Origin: the human T2T-CHM13v2.0 reference genome, Homo sapiens
DNA length: 64,000 nucleotides
NCBI RefSeq assembly: GCF_009914755.1
Contig: NC_060948.1
Reading direction: 5' to 3' (one strand)
The position numbers and the translations under genes were made by a program. The notes below the pieces were generated by a model. It was not told the DNA's origin. It searched no databases and saw nothing but the letters and a program-made list of their open reading frames with translations. Shown here one piece after another: positions 35,529-54,869 of the stretch (the stretch's first letter is position 1; every line of letters begins with the position of its first letter).

Positions 35529-37628
35529 AGATCCATATTTTTTAAATGAAAAAAAATTTCAAAGGTACTCTGCTTGGTACAATAATCAAATGTATAAACT
35601 GAGGAATAAAACATAACCATGAAACCTACTTATAACTGCATATGGAAAATACAGAGGATAATTTTTTAAATAACATATTTTGAAAGCCTTAACTAGTAAT
35701 TTGAAGAGTTGGCATTTGAAAGGCCAGTATGAATATACCTTCAAAGCAGCAACACAGGTTCCCCATGAGAAAAGGTAAACTCAGGGAAAATAAAACCACA
35801 AAGGTTCAATCTCTTCTGACCTTTGAAAGACACAGCACAGACAGTGGTCCTTAGGACGAAGAGCAGGAGACCCCTAATTCCGTCACCATGGCGATAGGGC
35901 ATAAACATTGCTGGGTGAGGGCACAATCCACATTGAGAGGTCCAACTGCTGCCAGGAAGACAGGAGTGCTTTTACAAAGACCGAAAGGTCATTGAAGGCT
36001 CAGAGTTTTGTTTCAAGAACTGAATCCCAAGCCCACACGTTATTAGGCTGCGCTTCTTAAAACAAGTTATGAGATGGGAAAAAGGGCACCCACAAACATA
36101 CGTATACATTATGTATATAATAATATACAGTATCATATATATAATATATATAACCTATGTATAATATTGTTTTACATCCTGCATCTTATATTATATATAT
36201 TGTATAAAATATAATAATTCATAGTACATAACGTTTATATTTATAAAATATGACATATAGTATATATTATAATTTATGACATATATAATATATGTTATAT
36301 ATCATATATAGAATATATTATACGGTTAAAAAACGTATTAAATATAAATTATACATTATATATATTATATAAAATATATCTGTTATATATAATACCCTTT
36401 ATGCATAATATATATATTATGTCTATGTTATATATAGTATAAAACAACATATAATAATATATAATTGTATATATAAAATGCGACATATAATATATATTAT
36501 ATTTTATGACATATGTAATATATATTATATATTATATATAATACGTTGTATGTATAATACCTATATTAAATATATATTATATGACTATGTTATTAATTAC
36601 ATGTCACATATGTTATATATTATATATTTTACATAGAATATACCGGTTACATACAATTTATACTATGTTACCTATAATGTATAATTGATTACATGTAAAA
36701 TAAAGAATGCAATATATTATGTATAATTTATAATATACAATATGTGGAATGTGATATATATAACATATAATATATGATATATGATATACAGTATATGATA
36801 TATAACATACAATATATGATACCTAATATATATGGTATACAATATATATTTTATGATATGTATTCTATATGTTTTATATTCTGTTATATATAACTATTTG
36901 AAATTATATATAACTGTATATTTTATGTAAATATGTAATATAATATATATAACTATATAATATATTATATATAACTATATATTATGTTATATATACTTTT
37001 ATAACATAATTTACATAAAATGTCATAATATAATATATATTATATTATTTCACATTACATAATATATATTACATATCACCCAATATAAGTAACATACATA
37101 ATATTATAATATAGATTATATTATGTTATATTAAATATCATATATATCATGTATCATATATTCTATAATATATATTACACATTATATAATATGTATGTTG
37201 TCTATTATGTGATATATATAACTATATATAATTATATTATTATACATATAACTAGATAAACATGTAATTCTACATATTTTCATTTATAATATATAGAATT
37301 ATATAATCATATATAATTATTTATATTCTATAAAAAATTATATCTTTATATAATTTATAATATGAAAAAATTATAATATGTACTACAAATATATATATTA
37401 TATATCATATATGATATAGTACCTTTGTTATATATCATAATACATATAAATGTGTATTATGTTATCTATAATTATATAATTTCATATATAAGATGTATAA
37501 TATGTATTATATATTGTCTATGTTATGTAATATATATAGTATATGTAAGCTGACACAGGATAAATATTATATACTATGACATATAAAATATATGAGGTTA
37601 TATGTTACATATAAGGCATAGCACATAA

Positions 37629-37943
<315 letters not shown>

Positions 37944-40048
37944 AGATCCATATTTTTTAAATGAAAAAAAATTTCAAAGGTACTCTGCTTGGTACAATAA
38001 TCAAATGTATAAACTGAGGAATAAAACATAACCATGAAACCTACTTATAACTGCATATGGAAAATACAGAGGATAATTTTTTAAATAACATATTTTGAAA
38101 GCCTTAACTAGTAATTTGAAGAGTTGGCATTTGAAAGGCCAGTATGAATATACCTTCAAAGCAGCAACACAGGTTCCCCATGAGAAACAGCAAACTCAGG
38201 GAAAATAAAACCACAAAGGTTCAAGCTCTTCTGACCTTTGAAAGACACAGCACAGACAGTGGTCCTTAGGACGAAGAGCAGGAGACCCCTAATTCCGTCA
38301 CCATGGCGATAGGGCATAAACATTGCTGGGTGAGGGCACAATCCACATTGTGAGGTCCAACTGCTGCCAGGAAGACAGGAGTGCTTTTACATAGACCGAA
38401 AGGTCATTGAAGGCTCAGAGTTTTGTTTCAAGAACTGAATCCCAAGCCCACACGTTATTAGGCTGCGCTTCTTAAAACAAGTTATGAGATGGGAAAAAGG
38501 GCACCCACAAACATACGTATACATTATGTATATAATAATATACAGTATCATATATATAATATATATAACCTATGTATAATATTGTTTTACATCCTGCATC
38601 TTATATAATATATATTGTCTAAAATATAATAATTGATAATATATAAGTTTTATATTTATACAATATGACATATAGTATATATTATAATTTATGACATATA
38701 TAATATATGTTATATATCATATATAGAATATATTATACGGTTAATATACGTATTAAATATAAATTATACATTATATATATTATATATAATATATCTGTTA
38801 TATATAATACCTATTATGCATAATATGTATATTATGTCTATGTTATATATAGTATAAAAAAACATATAATAATATATAATTGTATATATAAAATGCGACA
38901 TATAATATATATTATATTTTATGACATATGTAATATATATTATATATTATATATAATACGTTGTATGTATAATACCTATATTAAATATATATTATATGAC
39001 TATGTTATTAATTACATGTCACATGTGTTATATATTATATATTTTACATAGAATATACCGGTTACATACAATATATACTATGTTACCTATAATGTATAAT
39101 TGATTACATGTAAAATAAAGAATGCAATATATTATGTATAATTTATAATATACAATATGTGGAATGTGATATATATAACATATAATATATGATATATGAT
39201 ATACAGTATATGATATATAACACACAATATATGATACCTAATATATATGGTATACAATATATATTTTATGATATGTATTCTATATGTTTTATATTCTGTT
39301 ATATATAACTATTTGAAATTATATATAAGTGTATAATATTTTATGTAAATATGTAATATAATATATATAACTATATAATATATTATATATAACTATATAT
39401 TATGTTATATATACTTTTATAACATAATTTACATTAAATATCATAATATAATATATATTATATTATTTCACATTACATAATATATATTACATATCACCCA
39501 ATATAAGTAGCATACATAATATTATAATATAGGTTATATTATGTTATATTAAATATCATATATATCATGTATCATATATTCTATACTATATATTACACAT
39601 TATATAATATGTATGTTGTCTATTATGTGATATATATAACTATATATATAATTATATTATTATACATATAACTAGATAAACATGAAATTATACATATTTT
39701 CATTTATAATATATAGAATTATATAATCATATATAATTATTTATATTCTATAAAAAATTATATCATTATATAAATTATAATATATAAAAATTATAATATG
39801 TACTACAAATATATATATTATATATCATATATGATATAGTACCTTTGTTATATATCATAATACATATAAATGTGTATTATGTTATCTACAATTATATAAT
39901 TTCATATATAAGATATATAATATGTATTATATATTGTATATGTTATGTAATATATATAGTATATATAAGCTGACACAGGATAAATATTATATACTATGAC
40001 ATATAAAATATATGAGGTTATATGTTACATATAAGGCATAGCACATAA

Positions 40049-40363
<315 letters not shown>

Positions 40364-42490
40364 AGATCCATATTTTTTAAATGAAAAAAAATTTCAAAGG
40401 TACTCTGCTTGGTACAATAATCAAATGTATAAACTGAGGAATAAAACATAACCATGAAACCTACTTATAACTGCATATGGAAAATACAGAGGATAATTTT
40501 TTAAATAACATATTTTGAAAGCCTTAACTAGTAATTTGAAGAGTTGGCATTTGAAAGGCCAGTATGAATATACCTTCAAAGCAGCAACACAGGTTCCCCA
40601 TGAGAAACAGCAAACTCAGGGAAAATAAAACCACAAAGGTTCAAGCTCTTCTGACCTTTGAAAGACACAGCACAGACAGTGGTCCTTAGGACGAAGAGCA
40701 GGAGACCCCTAATTCCGTCACCATGGCGATAGGGCATAAACATTGCTGAGTGAGGGCACAATCCACATTGTGAGGTCCAACTGCTGCCAGGAAGACAGGA
40801 GTGCTTTTACATAGACCGAAAGGTCATTGAAGGCTCAGAGTTTTGTTTCAAGAACTGAATCCCAAGCCCACACGTTATTAGGCTGCGCTTCTTAAAACAA
40901 GTTATGAGATGGGAAAAAGGGCACCCACAAACATACGTATACATTATGTATATAATAATATACAGTATCATATATATAATATATATAACCTATGTATAAT
41001 ATTGTTTTACATCCTGCATCTTATATAATATATATTGTCTAAAATATAATAATTGATAATATATAAGTTTTATATTTATACAATATGACATATAGTATAT
41101 ATTATAATTTATGACATATATAATATATGTTATATATCATATATAGAATATATTATACGGTTAATATACGTATTAAATATAAATTATACATTATATATAT
41201 TATATATAATATATCTGTTATATATAATACCTATTATGCATAATATGTATATTATGTCTATGTTATATATAGTATAAAAAAACATATAATAATATATAAT
41301 TGTATATATAAAATGCGACATATAATATATATTATATTTTATGACATATGTAATATATATTATATATTATATATAATACGTTGTATGTATAATACCTATA
41401 TTAAATATATATTATATGACTATGTTATTAATTACATGTCACATGTGTTATATATTATATATTTTACATAGAATATACCGGTTACATACAATATATACTA
41501 TGTTACCTATAATGTATAATTGATTACATGTAAAATAAAGAATGCAATATATTATGTATAATTTATAATATACAATATGTGGAATGTGATATATATAACA
41601 TATAATATATGATATATGATATACAGTATATGATATATAACATACAATATATGATACCTAATATATATGGTATACAATATATATTTTATGATATGTATTC
41701 TATATGTTTTATATTCTGTTATATATAACTATTTGAAATTATATATAACTGTATAATATTTTATGTAAATATGTAATATAATATATATAACTATATAATA
41801 TATTATATATAACTATATATTATGTTATATATACTTTTATAACATAATTTACATAAAATGTCATAATATAATATATATTATATTATTTCACATTACATAA
41901 TATATATTACATATCACCCAATATAAGTAACATACATAATATTATAATATAGATTATATTATGTTATATTAAATATCATATATATCATGTATCATATATT
42001 CTATAATATATATTACACATTATATAATATGTATGTTGTCTATTTTGTGATATATAAAACTATATATATAATTATATTATTATACATATAACTAGATAAA
42101 CATGTAATTATACATATTTTCATTTGTAATATATAGAATTATATAATCATATATAATTATTTATATTCTATAAAAAATTATATCATTATATAAATTATAA
42201 TATAAAAAATTATAATATGTAATACAAATATATATATTATATATCATATATGATATAGTACCTTTGTTATATATCATAATACATATAAATGTGTATTATG
42301 TTATCTATAATTATATAATTTCATATGTAAGATGTATAATATGTATTATATATTCTCTATGTTATGTAATATATATAGTATATGTAAGCTGACACAGGAT
42401 AAATATTATATACTATGACATATAAAATATATGAGGTTATATGTTACATATAAGGCATAGCACATAACATGTAATATATATCATATATAA

Positions 42491-42782
<292 letters not shown>

Positions 42783-44887
42783 AGATCCATATTTTTTAAA
42801 TGAAAAAAAATTTCAAAGGTACTCTGCTTGGTACAATAATCAAATATATAAACTGAGGAATAAAACATAACCATGAAACCTACTTATAACTGCATATGGA
42901 AAATACAGAGGATAATTTTTTAAATAACATATTTTGAAAGCCTTAACTAGTAATTTGAAGAGTTGGCATTTGAAAGGCCAGTATGAATATACCTTCAAAG
43001 CAGCAACACAGGTTCCCCATGAGAAAAGGTAAACTCAGGGAAAATAAAACCACAAAGGTTCAATCTCTTCTGACCTTTGAAAGACACAGCACAGACAGTG
43101 GTCCTTAGGACGAAGAGCAGGAGACCCCTAATTCCGTCACCATGGCGATAGGGCATAAACATTGCTGGGTGAGGGCACAATCCACATTGAGAGGTCCAAC
43201 TGCTGCCAGGAAGACAGGAGTGCTTTTACAAAGACCGAAAGGTCATTGAAGGCTCAGAGTTTTGTTTCAAGAACTGAATCCCAAGCCCACACGTTATTAG
43301 GCTGCGCTTCTTAAAACAAGTTATGAGATGGGAAAAAGGGCACCCACAAACATACGTATACATTATGTATATAATAATATACAGTATCATATATATAATA
43401 TATATAACCTATGTATAATATTGTTTTACATCCTGCATCTTATATTATATATATTGTATAAAATATAATAATTCATAATACATAACGTTTATATTTATAA
43501 AATATGACATATAGTATATATTATAATTTATGACATATATAATATATGTTATATATCATATATAGAATATATTATACGGTTAAAATACGTATTAAATATA
43601 AATTATACATTATATATATTATATAAAATATATCTGTTATATATAATACCCTTTATGCATAATATATATATTATGTCTATGTTATATATAGTATAAAACA
43701 ACATATAATAATATAGAATTGTATATATAAAATGCGACATATAATATATATTATATTTTATGACATATGTAATATATATTATATATTATATATAATACGT
43801 TGTATGTATAATACCTATATTAAATATATATTATATGACTATGTTATTAATTACATGTCACATATGTTATATATTATATATTTTACATAGAATATACCGG
43901 TTACATACAATATATACTATGTTACCTATAATGTATAATTGATTACATGTAAAATAAAGAATGCAATATATTATGTATAATTTATAATATACAATATGTG
44001 GAATGTGATATATATAACATATAATATATGATATATGATATACAGTATATGATATATAACACACAATATATGATACCTAATATATATGGTATACAATATA
44101 TATTTTATGATATGTATTCTATATGATTTATATTCTGTTATATATAACTATTTCAAATTATATATAACTGTATAATATTTTATGTAAATATGTAATATAA
44201 TATATATAACTATATAATATATTATATATAACTATATATTATGTTATATATACTTTTATAACATAATTTACATTAAATATCATAATATAATATATATTAT
44301 ATTATTTCACATTACATAATATATATTACATATCACCCAATATAAGTAGCATACATAATATTATAATATAGGTTATATTATGTTATATTAAATATCATAT
44401 ATATCATGTATCATATATTCTATAATATATATTACACATTATATAATATGTATGTTGTCTATTATGTGATATATATAACTATATATATAATTATATTATT
44501 ATACATATAACTAGATAAACATGAAATTATACATATTTTCATTTATAATATATAGAATTATATAATCATATATAATTATTTATATTCTATAAAAAATTAT
44601 ATCATTATATAAATTATAATATATAAAAATTATAATATGTACTACAAATATATATATTATATATCATATATGATATAGTACCTTTGTTATATATCATAAT
44701 ACATATAAATGTGTATTATGTTATCTACAATTATATAATTTCATATATAAGATATATAATATGTATTATATATTGTATATGTTATGTAATATATATAATA
44801 TATATAAGCTGACACAGGATAAATATTATATACTATGACATATAAAATATATGAGGTTATATGTAACATATAAGGCATAGCACATGA

Positions 44888-45202
<315 letters not shown>

Positions 45203-47330
45203 AGATCCATATTTTTTAAATGAAAAAAAATTTCAAAGGTACTCTGCTTGGTACAATAATCAAATGTATAAACTGAGGAATAAAACATAACCATGAAACC
45301 TACTTATAACTGCATATGGAAAATACAGAGGATAATTTTTTAAATAACATATTTTGAAAGCCTTAACTAGTAATTTGAAGAGTTGGCATTTGAAAGGCCA
45401 GTATGAATATACCTTCAAAGCAGCAACACAGGTTCCCCATGAGAAACAGCAAACTCAGGGAAAATAAAACCACAAAGGTTCAAGCTCTTCTGACCTTTGA
45501 AAGACACAGCACAGACAGTGGTCCTTAGGACGAAGAGCAGGAGACCCCTAATTCCGTCACCATGGCGATAGGGCATAAACATTGCTGGGTGAGGGCACAA
45601 TCCACATTGTGAGGTCCAACTGCTGCCAGGAAGACAGGAGTGCTTTTACATAGACCGAAAGGTCATTGAAGGCTCAGAGTTTTGTTTCAAGAACTGAATC
45701 CCAAGCCCACACGTTATTAGGCTGCGCTTCTTAAAACAAGTTATGAGATGGGAAAAAGGGCACCCACAAACATACGTATACATTATGTATATAATAATAT
45801 ACAGTAACATATATATAATATATATAACCTATGTATAATATTGTTTTACATCCTGCATCTTATATAATATATATTGTCTAAAATATAATAATTGATAATA
45901 TATAAGTTTTATATTTATACAATATGACATATAGTATATATTATAATTTATGACATATATAATATATGTTATATATCATATATAGAATATATTATACGGT
46001 TAATATACGTATTAAATATAAATTATACATTATAGATATTATATATAATATATCTGTTATATATAATACCTATTATGCATAATATGTATATTATGTCTAT
46101 GTTATATATAGTATAAAACAACATATAATAATATATAATTGTATATATAAAATGCGACATATAATATATATTATATTTTATGACATATGTAATATATATT
46201 ATATATTATATATACTACGTTGTATGTATAATACCTATATTAAATATATATTATATGACTATGTTATTAATTACATGTCACATGTGTTATATATTATATA
46301 TTTTACATAGAATATACCGGTTACATACAATATATACTATGTTACCTATAATGTATAATTGATTACATGTAAAATAAAGAATGCAATATATTATGTATAA
46401 TTTATAATATACAATATGTGGAATGTGATATATATAACATATAATATATGATATATGATATACAGTATATGATATATAACATAAAATATATGATACCTAG
46501 TATATATTGTATACAATATATATTTTATGATATGTATTCTATATGTTTTATATTCTGTTATATATAACTATTTGAAATTATATATAACTGTATAATATTT
46601 TATGTAAATATGTAATATAATATATATAACTATATAATATATTATATATAACTATATATTATGTTATATATACTTTTATATCATAATTTACATAAAATGT
46701 CATAATATAATATATATTATATTATTTCATATTACATAATATATATTACATATCACCCAATACAAGTAACATACATAATATTATAATATAGATTATATTA
46801 TGTTATGTTAAATATCATATATATCATGTATCATATATTCTATAATATATATTATACATTATATTATATGTATGTTGTCTATTTTGTGATATATAAAACT
46901 ATATATATAATTATATTATTATACATAAAACTAGGTAAACATGTAAATCTACATATTTTCATTTGTAATATATAGAATTATATAATCATATATAATTATT
47001 TATATTCTATAAAAAATTATATCATTATATAAATTATAATATAAAAAAATTATAATATGTACTACAAATATATATATTATATATCATATATGATATAGTA
47101 CCTTTGTTATATATCATAATACATATAAATGTGTATTATGTTATCTATAATTATATAATTTCATATATAAGATGTATAATATGTATTATATATTGTCTAT
47201 GTTATGTAATATATATAGTATATGTAAGCTGACACAGGATAAATATTATATACTATGACATATAAAATATATGAGGTTATATGTTACATATAAGGCATAG
47301 CACATAACATGTAATATATATCATATATAA

Positions 47331-47622
<292 letters not shown>

Positions 47623-49745
47623 AGATCCATATTTTTTAAATGAAAAAAAATTTCAAAGGTACTCTGCTTGGTACAATAATCAAATGTATAAACTGAGGAA
47701 TAAAACATAACCATGAAACCTACTTATAACTGCATATGGAAAATACAGAGGATAATTTCTTAAATAACATATTTTGAAAGCCTTAACTAGTAATTTGAAG
47801 AGTTGGCATTTGAAAGGCCAGTATGAATATACCTTCAAAGCAGCAACACAGGTTCCCCATGAGAAAAAGCAAACTCAGGGAAAATAAAACCACAAAGGTT
47901 CAATCTCTTCTGACCTTTGAAAGACACAGCACAGACAGTGGTCCTTAGGACGAAGAGCAGGAGACCCCTAATTCCGTCACCATGGCGATAGGGCATAAAC
48001 ATTGCTGGGTGAGGGCACAATCCACATTGAGAGGTCCAACTGCTGCCAGGAAGACAGGAGTGCTTTTATATAGACCGAAAGGTCATTGAAGGCTCAGAGT
48101 TTTGTTTCAAGAACTGAATCCCAAGCCCACACGTTATTAGGCTGCGCTTCTTAAAACAAGTTATGAGATGGGAAAAAGGGCACCCACAAACATACGTATA
48201 CATTATGTATATAATAATATACAGTATCATATATATAATATATATAACCTATGTATAATATTGTTTTACATCCTGCATCTTATATTATATATATTGTATA
48301 AAATATAAAATTCATAATACATAACGTTTATATTTATACAATATGACATATAGTATATATTATAATTTATGTCATATATAATATATGTTATATATCATAT
48401 ATAGAATATATTATACGGTTAATATACGTATTAAATATAAATTATACATTATATATATTATATAAAATATATCTGTTATATATAATACCCATTATGCATA
48501 ATATGTATATTATGTCTATGTTATATATAGTATAAAACAACATATAATAATATATAATTGTATATATAAAATGCGACATATAATATATATTATATTTTAT
48601 GACATATGTAATATATATTATATATTATATATAATACGTTGTATGTATAATACCTATATTAAATATATATTATATGACTATGTTATTAATTACATGTCAC
48701 ATATGTTATATATTATATATTTTACATAGAATATACCGGTTACATGCAGTATATACTATGTTACCTATAATGTATAATTGATTACATGTAAAATAAAGAA
48801 TGCAATATATTATGTATAATTTATAATATACATTATGTGGAATGTGATATATATAACATATAATATATGATATATGATATACAGTATATGATATATAACA
48901 TACAATATATGATACCTAATATATATGGTATACAATATATATTTTATGATATGTATTCTATATGTTTTATATTCTGTTATATATAACAATTTGAAATTAT
49001 ATATAACTGTATAATATTTTATGCAAATATGTAATATAATATATATAACTATATAATATATTATATATAACTATATATTATGTTATATATACTTTTATCA
49101 CATAATTTACATTAAATATCATAATATAATATATATTATATTATTTCACATTACATAATATATATTACATATCACCCAATATAAGTAACATACATAATAT
49201 TATAATATAGATTATATTATGTTATATTAAATATCATATATATCATGTATCATATATTCTATAATATATATTACACATTATATAATATGTATGTTGTCTA
49301 TTATGTGATATATATAACTATATATAATTATATTATTATACATATAACTAGATAAACATGTAATTCTACATATTTTCATTTATAATATATAGAATTATAT
49401 AATCATATATAATTATTTATACTCTATAAAAAATTATATCCTTATATAAATTATAATATATAAAAATTATAATATGTACTACATATATATATTATATATC
49501 ATATATGATATAGTACCTTTGTTATATATCATAATACATATAAATGTGTATTATGTTATCTATAATTATATAATTTCATATATAAGTTGTATAATATGTA
49601 TCAAATATTATATATGTTATGTAATATATATAGTATATATAAGCTGACACAGGATAAATATTATATACTATGACATATAAAATATATGGGGTTATATGTT
49701 ACATATAAGGCATAGCACATAACATGTAATATATATCATATATAA

Positions 49746-50037
49746 TTTTTTTTTAGACAGAGTCTTGTCCTGTTGCACAGGGTGGGGTACAATGGCGCCA
49801 TCTTTGCTCACTGCAACATCTGCCTCAAGGGTCCAAGCGATTGGCCTCCCTCAGCCTCCCAGGTAGCTGGGACTACACCACACTGGGACTACAGCAGCTG
49901 CCACCACGCCTAGCTAATTTTTTGGATTTTTAGTAGTGACAGCGTTTCACTGTATTGGCCAGGATGGTCTTGATCTCTTCACCTTGTGATCCCCTTGCCT
50001 TGGCCTCCAAATTTGCTGGGATTACAGGCCTGAGCCA
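49746..50037 (-). mobile_element. Alu copy, U21
   Basis: Same Alu landmarks as U1. Confidence 0.9.
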
Positions 50038-52161
50038 AGATCCATATTTTTTAAATGAAAAAAAATTTGAAAGGTACTCTGCTTGGTACAATAATCAAAT
50101 GTATAAACTGAGGAATAAAACATAACCATGAAACCTACTTATAACTGCATATGGAAAATACAGAGGATAATTTTTTAAATAACATATTTTGAAAGCCTTA
50201 ACTAGTAATTTGAAGAGTTGGCATTTGAAAGGCCAGTATGAATATACCTTCAAAGCAGCAACACAGGTTCCCCATGAGAAAAAGCAAACACAGGGAAACT
50301 GAAAACACAAAGGTTCAATCTCTTCTGACCTTTGAAAGACACAGCACAGACAGTGGTCCTTAGGACGAAGAGCAGGAGACCCCTAATTCCGTCACCATGG
50401 CGATAGGGCATAAACATTGCTGGGTGAGGGCACAATCCACATTGTGAGGTCCAACTGCTGCCAGGAAGACAGGAGTGCTTTTACATAGACCGAAAGGTCA
50501 TTGAAGGCTCAGAGTTTTGTTTCAAGAACTGAATCCCAAGCCCACACGTTATTAGGCTGCGCTTCTTAAAACAAGTTATGAGATGGGAAAAAGGGCACCC
50601 ACAAACATACGTATACATTATGTATATAATAATATACAGTATCATATATATAATATATATAACCTATGTATAATATTGTTTTACATCCTGCATCTTATGT
50701 TATATATATTGTATAAAATATAATAATTGATAATATATAAGTTTTATATCTATACAATATGACATATAGTATATATTATAATTTATGACATATATAATAT
50801 ATGTTATATATCATATATAGAATATATTATACGGTTAATATACGTATTAAATATAAATTATACATTATATATATTATATATAATATATCTGTTATATATA
50901 ATACCCATTATGCATAATATATATATTATGTCTATGTTATATATAGTATAAAACAACATATAATAATATATAATTGTATATATAAAATGCGACATATAAT
51001 ATATATTATATTTTATGACATATGTAATATATATTATATATTATATATAATACGTTGTATGTATAATACCTATATTAAATATATATTATATGACTATGTT
51101 ATTAATTACATGTCACATATGTTATATATTATATATTTTACATAGAATATACCGGTTACATGCAGTATATACTATGTTACCTATAATGTATAATTGATTA
51201 CATGTAAAATAAAGAATGCAATATATTATGTATAATTTATAATATACATTATGTGGAATGTGATATATATAACATATAATATATGATATATGATATACAG
51301 TATATGATATATAACATACAATATATGATACCTAATATATATGGTATACAATATATATTTTATGATATGTATTCTATATGTTTTATATTCTGTTATATAT
51401 AACTATTTGAAATTATATATAACTGTATAATATTTTATGCAAATATGTAATATAATATATATAACTATATAATATATTATATATAACTATATATTATGTT
51501 ATATATACTTTTATCACATAATTTACATTAAATATCATAATATAATATATATTATATTATTTCACATTACATAATATATATGACATATCACCCAATATAA
51601 GTAACATACATAATATTATAATATAGATTATATTATGTTATATTAAATATCATATATATCATGTATCATATATTCTATAATATATATTACACATTATATA
51701 ATATGTATGTTGTCTATTATGTGATATATATAACTATATATAATTATATTATTATACATATAACTAGATAAACATGTAATTCTACATATTTTCATTTATA
51801 TTATATAGAATTATATAATCATATATAATTATTTATACTCTATAAAAAATTATATCCTTATATAAATTATAATATATAAAAATTATAATATGTACTACAT
51901 ATATATATTATATATCATATATGATATAGTACCTTTGTTATATATCATAATACATATAAATGTGTATTATGTTAACTATAATTATATAATTTCATATATA
52001 AGTTGTATAATATGTATCAAATATTATATATGTTATGTAATATATATAGTATATATAAGCTGACACAGGATAAATATTATATACTATGACATATAAAATA
52101 TATGAGGTTATATGTTACATATAAGGCATAGCACATAACATGTAATATATATCATATATAA

Positions 52162-52453
52162 TTTTTTTTTAGACAGAGTCTTGTCCTGTTGCACAGGGTG
52201 GGGTACAATGGCGCCATCTTTGCTCACTGCAACATCTGCCTCAAGGGTCCAAGCGATTGGCCTCCCTCAGCCTCCCAGGTAGCTGGGACTACACCACACT
52301 GGGACTACAGCAGCTGCCACCACGCCTAGCTAATTTTTTGGATTTTTAGTAGTGACAGCGTTTCACTGTATTGGCCAGGATGGTCTTGATCTCTTCACCT
52401 TGTGATCCCCTTGCCTTGGCCTCCAAATTTGCTGGGATTACAGGCCTGAGCCA
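52162..52453 (-). mobile_element. Alu copy, U22
   Basis: Same Alu landmarks as U1. Confidence 0.9.
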
Positions 52454-54577
52454 AGATCCATATTTTTTAAATGAAAAAAAATTTGAAAGGTACTCTGCTT
52501 GGTACAATAATCAAATGTATAAACTGAGGAATAAAACATAACCATGAAACCTACTTATAACTGCATATGGAAAATACAGAGGATAATTTTTTAAATAACA
52601 TATTTTGAAAGCCTTAACTAGTAATTTGAAGAGTTGGCATTTGAAAGGCCAGTATGAATATACCTTCAAAGCAGCAACACAGGTTCCCCATGAGAAAAAG
52701 CAAACACAGGGAAAATGAAAACACAAAGGTTCAATCTCTTCTGACCTTTGAAAGACACAGCACAGACAGTGGTCCTTAGGACGAAGAGCAGGAGACCCCT
52801 AATTCCGTCACCATGGCGATAGGGCATAAACATTGCTGGGTGAGGGCACAATCCACATTGTGAGGTCCAACTGCTGCCAGGAAGACAGGAGTGCTTTTAC
52901 ATAGACCGAAAGGTCATTGAAGGCTCAGAGTTTTGTTTCAAGAACTGAATCCCAAGCCCACACGTTATTAGGCTGCGCTTCTTAAAACAAGTTATGAGAT
53001 GGGAAAAAGGGCACCCACAAACATACGTATACATTATGTATATAATAATATACAGTATCATATATATAATATATATAACCTATGTATAATATTGTTTTAC
53101 ATCCTGCATCTTATGTTATATATATTGTATAAAATATAATAATTGATAATATATAAGTTTTATATCTATACAATATGACATATAGTATATATTATAATTT
53201 ATGACATATATAATATATGTTATATATCATATATAGAATATATTATACGGTTAATATACGTATTAAATATAAATTATACATTATATATATTATATATAAT
53301 ATATCTGTTATATATAATACCCATTATGCATAATATATATATTATGTCTATGTTATATATAGTATAAAACAACATATAATAATATATAATTGTATACATA
53401 AAATGCGACATATAATATATATTATATTTTATGACATATGTAATATATATTATATATTATATATAATACGTTGTATGTATAATACCTATATTAAATATAT
53501 ATTATATGACTATGTTATTAATTACATGTCACATATGTTATATATTATATATTTTACATAGAATATACCGGTTACATGCAGTATATACTATGTTACCTAT
53601 AATGTATAATTGATTACATGTAAAATAAAGAATGCAATATATTATGTATAATTTATAATATACATTATGTGGAATGTGATATATATAACATATAATATAT
53701 GATATATGATATACAGTATATGATATATAACATACAATATATGATACCTAATATATATGGTATACAATATATATTTTATGATATGTATTCTATATGTTTT
53801 ATATTCTGTTATATATAACTATTTGAAATTATATATAACTGTATAATATTTTATGCAAATATGTAATATAATATATATAACTATATAATATATTATATAT
53901 AACTATATATTATGTTATATATACTTTTATCACATAATTTACATTAAATATCATAATATAATATATATTATATTATTTCACATTACATAATATATATTAC
54001 ATATCACCCAATATAAGTAACATACATAATATTATAATATAGATTATATTATGTTATATTAAATATCATATATATCATGTATCATATATTCTATAATATA
54101 TATTACACATTATATAATATGTATGTTGTCTATTATGTGATATATATAACTATATATAATTATATTATTATACATATAACTAGATAAACATGTAATTCTA
54201 CATATTTTCATTTATAATATATAGAATTATATAATCATATATAATTATTTATACTCTATAAAAAATTATATCCTTATATAAATTATAATATATAAAAATT
54301 ATAATATGTACTACATATATATATTATATATCATATATGATATAGTACCTTTGTTATATATCATAATACATATAAATGTGTATTATGTTATCTATAATTA
54401 TATAATTTCATATATAAGTTGTATAATATGTATCAAATATTATATATGTTATGTAATATATATAGTATATATAAGCTGACACAGGATAAATATTATATAC
54501 TATGACATGTAAAATATATGGGGTTATATGTTACATATAAGGCATAGCACATAACATGTAATATATATCATATATAA

Positions 54578-54869
54578 TTTTTTTTTAGACAGAGTCTTGT
54601 CCTGTTGCACAGGGTGGGGTACAATGGCGCCATCTTTGCTCACTGCAACATCTGCTTCAAGGGTCCAAGCGATTGGCCTCCCTCAGCCTCCCAGGTAGCT
54701 GGGACTACACCACACTGGGACTACAGCAGCTGCCACCACGCCTAGCTAATTTTTTGGATTTTTAGTAGTGACAGCGTTTCACTGTATTGGCCAGGATGGT
54801 CTTGATCTCTTCACCTTGTGATCCCCTTGCCTTGGCCTCCAAATTTGCTGGGATTACAGGCCTGAGCCA
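54578..54869 (-). mobile_element. Alu copy, U23
   Basis: Same Alu landmarks as U1. Confidence 0.9.
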